From assembly GCA_040772485.1 (NCBI GenBank), contig JAXGYC010000009.1, positions 128,001 through 192,000 of the forward strand: a DNA stretch of 64,000 bases, read 5' to 3'. The translations under genes and the position numbers were made by a program. Source of the DNA: Sedimentisphaerales bacterium. Lineage in GTDB: Bacteria > Planctomycetota > Phycisphaerae > Sedimentisphaerales > Anaerobacaceae. The notes beneath the pieces are model-generated. The model did no database searches. It was not told the origin of the DNA and saw only the letters and a program-made list of their open reading frames with translations. Below are positions 57,997-64,000 of this stretch, one piece after another (the first letter of the stretch is position 1; each line of letters opens with the position of its first letter).

Positions 57997-58860
57997 TCAC
58001 TTCTCGCGGTCGAGCAGGGCGAAGGCCAGTTGGCGCAGCACGTCGGCGCCGGGGCCGAACGGCTCCAGCGCCGCGGCCGCCTCGTCGGCCAGTTGCCGCT
58101 CCAGCGCCCTGGACCGTTCGATGCCGAGCAGGGCGGGATAGGTGCACTTGGCGGCCTTGACGTCCTTGCCGGCCGTTTTGCCCAGTTGCTCGCTGGAGGC
58201 GCTGACGTCGAGGATGTCGTCGGCGATCTGGAAGCCCAGGCCGATCTTGAGGCCGTATCGCGCGAGGGCGTCGAGCTGCTCACGGTCGGCGTGTCCGCAA
58301 AGGCCGCCCATAACCGCAGCGCAGCGGAACATCTTGGCGGTCTTGTGGATGTGGATGTATTCGAGGGATTCGACGCTGCCCTCGGTGTTCTCGGCCTTGA
58401 GGTCGGCGATCTGTCCGGCGATCATCCCGGCCGCACCGGCGGCCTGCGCCAGTTCGCGGACCAGCGCGACCGCCACCGCCGCGTCGTCGATCCGCTCGGC
58501 CAGCAGCTCGAACGCCAGCGTCAGCAGGGCGTCGCCGGTGAGGATGGCGGTCGCTTCGTCGAACGCCTTATGGCAGGTGGGCCGGCCCCGGCGCAGGTCG
58601 TCGTCGTCCATCGCCGGCAGGTCGTCGTGGACCAGCGAATACGTGTGGACCATCTCGATGGCCGCCGCCGCGATCCGGGCGTTCGAGTTCTCCCGTCCGG
58701 ACACCAGCTCACAGCACCACAGGACCAGCATTGAGCGGATGCGTTTGCCCGGCGCCGAGAGCGTGTAAGCCATCGCCCTTCGCAGGTCGTCCGGAATTCC
58801 GGGCTGTTCGGCGACAAGGCGTTCGAGCAGCTCGTTGATGGCAGGGAGTTTGTTGTGCAT
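57997..58860 (-). CDS. ispA: Polyprenyl (farnesyl diphosphate) synthase
   Basis: GKRIR, SLVHDDLPAMDDDDLRRG, FQIADDILD, GKTAGKD. Confidence 0.93.
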   Translation of the reverse strand: MHNKLPAINELLERLVAEQPGIPDDLRRAMAYTLSAPGKRIRSMLVLWCCELVSGRENSNARIAAAAIEMVHTYSLVHDDLPAMDDDDLRRGRPTCHKAFDEATAILTGDALLTLAFELLAERIDDAAVAVALVRELAQAAGAAGMIAGQIADLKAENTEGSVESLEYIHIHKTAKMFRCAAVMGGLCGHADREQLDALARYGLKIGLGFQIADDILDVSASSEQLGKTAGKDVKAAKCTYPALLGIERSRALERQLADEAAAALEPFGPGADVLRQLAFALLDREK

Positions 58861-58995
58861 CAGGGTGCGTAAATCGGAACGGGCTGCACTACTTGCTGGC
58901 ATACGGCACGAGCGAGTCGATCGAAGACACGGTTTTTTGCGAACAGGTTGACGAGGGTGTATTATACTGGCCGCTGGGAGATTGTGCAGGAAATT

Positions 58996-59919
58996 ATGAA
59001 CCACAAGATGATTATGATTCTGGGGGTGACCGCCTCGGGCAAGGGCTGGCTGGCGTTCGAGCTAGCCCGGCAGATCGACGCGGAGATCGTCAGCGTCGAC
59101 TCGATGAAGGTCTACCGGCGCATGGATGTCGGGACCGCCAAACCCTCCCTGGAAGCCCGCCGGCAGGTCCGCTACCACATGATTGACGTGGTCGAGCCGA
59201 GCGAATCGTTCAGCGCGGGGCTGTTTCTGGAGAAGGCCTCCGCTGCGATCGAAGAGGTCCGAGGCCGCGGTAAGTCGGTGGTCGCCGTCGGCGGCACGGC
59301 TCTCTACAGTAAGGCGCTGCTCTATGGGCTTTTCGAGGGCCCCGGCAGCGACGAGCGGACGCGGCGCGAACTGCTGGCCCGGGTCGAGTCCGAGGGTCCG
59401 GCGGCGCTGCACAGGGAGCTGAGCGAGATCGATCCGGCGGCGGCCGACCGGATCAGTCACAACGACGCCAAGCGGATCGTCCGGGCCCTGGAGGTCTATC
59501 GCCTGACCGGCAGGCCCATATCGAGCCTTCAGAGGCAGTTCGATGGCCCTGGTGCAGTCGAAAACTGGACGATTATCGGGCTTCGGCGGGAAAGGCCTGT
59601 CGAGAGCGCGCGGATCAACGCCCGCGTCAAGAAGATGGTTCAGACGGGTCTTGTCGACGAGGTCCGATCGCTGCTGGCCGAAGAGGCGCCTTTGAGCCCG
59701 CAGGCGCGCTGCGCGATCGGCTACGCGGAGATGATCGAGCACGTTCAAGGGCGGCTGTCTCTCGACGAGGCGGTCGAGCAGATCAAGAAGAACACGCGAC
59801 GCCTGGCGAAAGGGCAGCGCACCTGGTTCCGGCGGTTCCCCGACGTCACCTGGATCGACGTCGGGGCGGAGGAATCAGTTGAAAGCGTGCTGGAGCGAGT
59901 GATGCAACGGATCGGTTAA
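58996..59919 (+). CDS. miaA: tRNA dimethylallyltransferase
   Basis: GVTASGK, DSMKVYRRMDVGTAKP, VGGTALY, AIGY, AKGQRTWF. Confidence 0.97.
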   Translation: MNHKMIMILGVTASGKGWLAFELARQIDAEIVSVDSMKVYRRMDVGTAKPSLEARRQVRYHMIDVVEPSESFSAGLFLEKASAAIEEVRGRGKSVVAVGGTALYSKALLYGLFEGPGSDERTRRELLARVESEGPAALHRELSEIDPAAADRISHNDAKRIVRALEVYRLTGRPISSLQRQFDGPGAVENWTIIGLRRERPVESARINARVKKMVQTGLVDEVRSLLAEEAPLSPQARCAIGYAEMIEHVQGRLSLDEAVEQIKKNTRRLAKGQRTWFRRFPDVTWIDVGAEESVESVLERVMQRIG

Positions 59920-60497
59920 CGGACTTGCAGCTCCCGTTCGGCATGAAGCAGGGCCGCCGCCTCCCCCAGCACGAGCTGCTTGATCAGGCTCAGCGGGACC
60001 ATCGTCATCTCCATGCGGAAGACCTTTTCCTCCACACCGGAGGCTACCGCACGGGCCGTCCGGCGCGGCATCCCGAAACGCTCGGTCAGGTCCTGAACGA
60101 TCCGCCCCTTGTCCCAGGCGGCTCGCTCGGGCGCCCGGCCCGCCCCAAACAGTTGCTCGGCGTCGGTGAACTCGTGGATGTCCACCGCGAGGACCTCCGT
60201 CCGCAGCCGCCGCAACCGCCGTTCGAACGTGTGCTTGGTCAGCGCCAGGGCCGCTTCCTCATTTCCCGTGGCCGTCAGCACCGCCTTGATCATCGCGAAG
60301 ATCTCGCCGGATGAGGCGACGGCGCGATCGTGTTTGTTGTACAGATAGAAGGTGACGACTTCCGTCAGGTCTTCGGCCATGACCATGTCACCCTGGCCGC
60401 AGGCGGTCATGGCATTGTTGATGGTCCCGAGGACCTTGGTGTGCAGATAGGCCTCCGTGCTGCCGTCGGATTTCCTGACGCGTAACTGCCTGTTCAT
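59916..60497 (-). CDS. Tandem ATP-cone-like protein without catalytic domain
   Basis: VRKSDGSTEAYLHTKV...SSGEIFAMIKAVL, and a second cone-like WDKGRIVQDL...VASGVEEKV...SLIKQLV. Confidence 0.65.
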   Translation of the reverse strand: MNRQLRVRKSDGSTEAYLHTKVLGTINNAMTACGQGDMVMAEDLTEVVTFYLYNKHDRAVASSGEIFAMIKAVLTATGNEEAALALTKHTFERRLRRLRTEVLAVDIHEFTDAEQLFGAGRAPERAAWDKGRIVQDLTERFGMPRRTARAVASGVEEKVFRMEMTMVPLSLIKQLVLGEAAALLHAERELQVR

Positions 60498-60592
60498 CTG
60501 TCAGTGGTTGCCTCCATGCAAACCTGCACCGTCAGTCGGAACGAGCCGGCGTATCCATCGTCGCGCGAGGCGCCGACGGAACGCGGTGACTT

Positions 60593-61084
60593 CTATTGAT
60601 CGAAGAGCTTTAATTGCTCGGTCGTATCCGTGTCCTGAATGGCCCTGGTCACTTCGTCGAGCAGTTCGCCGGCGTCGCGGAAATCCCGGTAGACGCTGGC
60701 GAAGCGGATGTAAGCCACTTTGTCGATCGAGCGAAGGTGCTTCATCACGCAGTCGCCGATGAAAGCGCTGGTCACTTCCTTGTCGAACCGTCGGAAGATG
60801 TCCTCCTCGGTTTTGTCGGCGACCAGTTGAATCTGCTCGGCCGAAACGGGCCTTTTGTAGCAGGCCTTCTGCACGCCCACGATGATCTTGTCGCGGTCGT
60901 ACGGGACGCGGGACTTGTCCTTTTTCACCACGTGCAGTTTGAAACTCTCACTGGTTTTCTCGTAGGTGGTGAAGCGCCTTTTGCAGATCAGGCATTGGCG
61001 TCTGCGGCGGATGACGCGGCCCGAGTCGCTGGAGCGAGAATCGACGACTTTGTCACTGTCTTCCTTGCAGAAAGGGCATCTCAC
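60593..61084 (-). CDS. nrdR: Transcriptional repressor NrdR
   Basis: GTG start; RCPFC, KVVDSR, RRRRQCLICKRRFTTYE, DKVAYIRFASVY. Confidence 0.98.
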   Translation of the reverse strand: MRCPFCKEDSDKVVDSRSSDSGRVIRRRRQCLICKRRFTTYEKTSESFKLHVVKKDKSRVPYDRDKIIVGVQKACYKRPVSAEQIQLVADKTEEDIFRRFDKEVTSAFIGDCVMKHLRSIDKVAYIRFASVYRDFRDAGELLDEVTRAIQDTDTTEQLKLFDQ

Positions 61085-61163
61085 GACCCAACAACCTCCC
61101 GCTCTGACGGCTCCCAGACCCAATTGCTCGACCAACCACGTGTCTTCGTCGGGACAACAAGCG

Positions 61164-61215
61164 ACCCCATATTTAGTTGTCCGGCCTATTGTACTCTCAA
61201 GATGTGGGGCGTCAA
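61164..61215 (-). promoter_or_regulatory. nrdR promoter with tandem NrdR boxes
   Basis: Boxes ACCCCATATTTAGTTG (61164-61179) and TCTCAAGATGTGGGGC (61195-61210), 31 bp apart; minus-strand TTGACG-16 bp-TACAAT overlaps them. Confidence 0.75.
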
Positions 61216-61285
61216 TGGAAATGTGCGGTGTGGAGGTCGAACTTTTTTCGGATTGGCTGGCGCGGCGGCTGCGGCGTGCGGGAAG

Positions 61286-61317
61286 AAAAAAAGCCTCTGC
61301 GTCAGGGACGCAGAGGC
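61286..61317 (-). terminator. Intrinsic terminator
   Basis: Minus strand GCCTCTGCGTC-CCT-GACGCAGAGGC followed by T7. Confidence 0.85.
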
Positions 61318-61486
61318 CCACTCGGAAAGAAACTCACATTGCCCCCCCAATAGACTGTCGTACGTGACGCCGCGAGAATTCCGAGTACAGTACACAGGTC
61401 GAGCCTGGGGTCCTTGTCCTGTCGGATTTTGCCGGTGTCGCCTCGCCGCCGATTGGAGCGTTCCGGGCGGCACTCTTGTCCGGCTA
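61286..61486 (-). ncRNA. Candidate ~200 nt structured RNA (6S-like long hairpin)
   Basis: Own promoter TTGCCT-16 bp-TAGACT (61519-61492), end-to-end imperfect complementarity, terminator, no convincing ORF. Confidence 0.5.
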
Positions 61487-61615
61487 TTGAAAGTCTAATA
61501 CATAAACCGCTGAAGGCAAATTCGCCGAGCAATTTACGCGAGGCGCCTGGAGAGTCTGCGAAGAACTTCCCTGGCGCCGCCATGTGTGGTCTGTGCGGCG
61601 GAATCGCCGAGGGGA

Positions 61616-62473
61616 TCACGCCTGTTCGATGGTGGCTTTGGCCCGCAGTGCGTCGAGGTAGTCACCGAGCGCCTGCTCGCGAAGCTGCTCCTGGACTTCG
61701 GCGGTCACCTGCTTCTTGACGTCCTTGAGCGCGGGAATGCTGGGCGGCCGCCGGTCGTAGACCTTGGCGATGTGGAACCCGAAGCGCGTGCGAAACACGT
61801 CGCTGACCTGTCCCGGACTGAGGTTGAACACGACGTCTTCGAATTCCTCGACCATCTGCCCGCGCAGGACGAAGCCGAGGTCTCCGCCGCTGTCGGCGCA
61901 GTCGGTGTATTTGCCTGCAACCGTTTCGAATGGAGCGCCGCTCCTGATCTGCTCGTGGGCCTGCCGCATCGTTTGCATGGCGGAGTCCTCGTCCGTCTGC
62001 CAGTTGACGTACTTGACGATGTGCGCGACGTGAATCTGCTCGTCCGAGCGGAATTTGTCCTTGTTCTCTTCGTAATACTCGCGAATCTGGTCTTCGGAGG
62101 GCTTGGGCGCCTTGGCGTAGACCTCGCCGATCTTGCGCTCCGTCTTCATCTGAAGCTCGATCGTGCGGCGCACCTTCTCATCGCTGTCGACATCGAGCGA
62201 TTTGTGGAGCGCCTCGTCGCTGTCGTACTGCTGTCGCAGTTGTTTGAACGCCTCTTCGATCTGTTCCGGCGGGATGGCGGCGCCTGCGTTCTTCGCTTCC
62301 TGGCGAAGCAGGACACGCTCGATCACGTTGTCGCGGGACCACTCCTGCAACTGGGCCTCGCGTTCGGCCGGGTCCTTCTCGGCGAAGACCTCCTCGTATC
62401 GCGGCCGCAGACGCTCGGCCTCCTGCTGAATCTCACTGTCCTCGATCCTCTCGCCGTTTATGACAAGGGCCAT
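61616..62473 (-). CDS. PpiC-type peptidylprolyl isomerase (SurA/PrsA-like)
   Basis: AAGGAG RBS; HVAHIV, SGGDLGF, GQMVEEFEDVVF, TRFGFHI. Confidence 0.92.
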   Translation of the reverse strand: MALVINGERIEDSEIQQEAERLRPRYEEVFAEKDPAEREAQLQEWSRDNVIERVLLRQEAKNAGAAIPPEQIEEAFKQLRQQYDSDEALHKSLDVDSDEKVRRTIELQMKTERKIGEVYAKAPKPSEDQIREYYEENKDKFRSDEQIHVAHIVKYVNWQTDEDSAMQTMRQAHEQIRSGAPFETVAGKYTDCADSGGDLGFVLRGQMVEEFEDVVFNLSPGQVSDVFRTRFGFHIAKVYDRRPPSIPALKDVKKQVTAEVQEQLREQALGDYLDALRAKATIEQA

Positions 62474-62502
62474 GCGATGCTCCTTCTTGTGCGAGTGCGA
62501 AC

Positions 62503-63390
62503 TTACCCTCGGGCTTTGGCGAACCAGTCGGGGTCCTGCGCCAGCTTCTCGCGCGCTTCGAGTGTCATCATTTCGAACGCCGGGTGCGCGCTGTTCCAGG
62601 CCCGCTCGGAGAAGGGGCTTCTTCGCATCTTCTCGACTTCGACCGACGCCTCTTTGAAGTAGCTGCCGTAGATGTGCAGCGAGTCGCTGATGTCGACGTA
62701 GCGTCCGACGCGGACCGGCTCGCCCCGCCGGGCGGCGATGGCCTCGGCGATGAGCTGCTGGAGGTTCGTCAGCGCGTAGGCGTTCATAAACCACGCCTTG
62801 TACAGATCGCGGCTTCGCCAGTGCGTGTTCATATTCAGCGTCCATTGCCCGTCGTCGTCGGCCAGCAGCCGGCACCAGATCCGCTGAAGACAGGGCGGAT
62901 CGTCGGTTTGCGGGTCGGCGGTGGGCATCCAGGTGGTCGCCTGGGCCCTTCGGCTGTGTCCGGCCCGCGACAGACAGTCGATGATGTACTGAATCTGATC
63001 GACCGCGACGAATGGCTTGGCGGCGTCCGCATCGCGCAGGTCCGCCACCGGTCTGTAGGAGAACAGCCTCTCGTGGTACGTGTAGGTCCACTTGCCGGCG
63101 GCCGGATCGATCCAGTGATCGTGAATGCCCGCGACGACCTCCTGCCGGTAGGCCTCCAGCTCCTCAGGCCCGCCGGGGAAGTTCTTGTGAATCCGCGGCT
63201 CGTTGAACGGATCAGCCACCGCGATCATCACCGTCGCGTCCTTGCTGGGCGGATCGTCGGGCTTGTCGTACTGCGTCTTGACCTCGTAGCCCTGGTCCCA
63301 TACGGCCAGGACCGCCTTCTCCCACGCCTCGGGCAGACACTCGGCGCTGACCGAAAGGACGGGGATCGTCTGCGTCTGGGATGTCGTCAT
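62503..63390 (-). CDS. thyA: Thymidylate synthase, archaeal-type
   Basis: YTYHERL, SRRAQATTW, DPPCLQ, WRSRDLYKAWFMN, SDSLHIY. Confidence 0.85.
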   Translation of the reverse strand: MTTSQTQTIPVLSVSAECLPEAWEKAVLAVWDQGYEVKTQYDKPDDPPSKDATVMIAVADPFNEPRIHKNFPGGPEELEAYRQEVVAGIHDHWIDPAAGKWTYTYHERLFSYRPVADLRDADAAKPFVAVDQIQYIIDCLSRAGHSRRAQATTWMPTADPQTDDPPCLQRIWCRLLADDDGQWTLNMNTHWRSRDLYKAWFMNAYALTNLQQLIAEAIAARRGEPVRVGRYVDISDSLHIYGSYFKEASVEVEKMRRSPFSERAWNSAHPAFEMMTLEAREKLAQDPDWFAKARG

Positions 63391-64000
63391 CGTTGTACCG
63401 GTTCCACCGTGCGAGGCTCGGTTCCCTGCCTCGGTTTCATGAATCTGCTGATGTCCAGTTCCTGCTCGGTGATCTTGTAGTTGGCGGCGTAGCGTTCGTA
63501 GATTTCTTCGAGCAACTGCTTGGCGCGAAAGGCGTACCAACTGTCGGGCCAGCGTTCCTCGATCTGCCGACAGGCCTTGACCATCAGGCCGTATTGCATC
63601 ACCGGCAGACGCCCGATGCTCCGTCCGGCCGTTGCGTAGGGCAGGATCTGCTGGGCCTCGATGTCGTCGATCTCGCTGAGCGGCTTGAAGTAGAGCGTCG
63701 TCGGCTGCGTGATGCTGCTGGGCAGGATGTAGGGGCTGGCGGCCGGGGCGGGTTGCGCCGCAGGCTCCTGGGCCGGCGCTTCCTGGGCCGCCGGCTGCTC
63801 GGCGGGTTGCGGTTCGGCCGCCGCCGGCTCTTCGACGGGCTTGGGCTCCTCCTGGAACTGCTTGTCCCGGTCGGCCATGTCGTAGAAGTTACGTTGCGGG
63901 GCCGGCTCCTCGGGCCCAGCCTGCGGCGCCGGTTTGTCCGACATGAAGCGGCTGGCGACGATCAGGACCACCACCACGACGACCGCGGCGCCGGCAATCT
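63387..64000 (-). CDS. Hypothetical membrane-anchored protein (start outside the window)
   Basis: Open to the window edge; hydrophobic segment, Pro/Ala/Glu linker; stop overlaps the thyA start. Confidence 0.7.
   Translation of the reverse strand, partial: IAGAAVVVVVVLIVASRFMSDKPAPQAGPEEPAPQRNFYDMADRDKQFQEEPKPVEEPAAAEPQPAEQPAAQEAPAQEPAAQPAPAASPYILPSSITQPTTLYFKPLSEIDDIEAQQILPYATAGRSIGRLPVMQYGLMVKACRQIEERWPDSWYAFRAKQLLEEIYERYAANYKITEQELDISRFMKPRQGTEPRTVEPVQR

Noticed and set aside
62474..63540. Upstream extensions of the PPIase and thyA ORFs
   Set aside because: They overlap neighbouring genes in other frames; the RBS and stop-start overlap support starts at 62473 and 63390

Overview
GC-rich bacterial chromosomal window. 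The gene content, such as an HTH-plus-acidic-linker membrane protein, DUF2961/GH116 hydrolases and heptamer intergenic repeats, suggests Planctomycetota, probably Phycisphaerae/Sedimentisphaerales; this is inference only. The left ~21 kb is accessory. It holds a truncated HEPN gene, tRNA-Pro(TGG), a SEC-C protein, an orphan Rhs toxin/immunity pair, two near-identical Y1 (RAYT-like) transposase elements around low-GC cargo, a BlaI/BlaR1-like pair with its operator, glycosidases, and a low-GC islet (HEPN, lipoprotein/GspG-domain ORFs, RelE/ParE TA pair). The middle carries an M14 peptidase, two DUF4056 lipoproteins, an FGE-domain protein, a Gfo/Idh/MocA oxidoreductase, an XRE operon, a PocR-AraC regulator, and a 12.5 kb signalling operon (TonB receptor, YfiR, four tandem histidine kinases, one receiver). 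The right end is housekeeping: dxr, rseP, a divergent glyA, ispA, miaA, an ATP-cone-only gene, nrdR with tandem NrdR boxes, a candidate ~200 nt structured RNA, a PPIase and an archaeal-type thyA. At least three REP-like palindrome families are dispersed through the window. One family brackets both foreign islets, and another sits in-frame inside a gene. All family assignments are by motif recognition, not database search.
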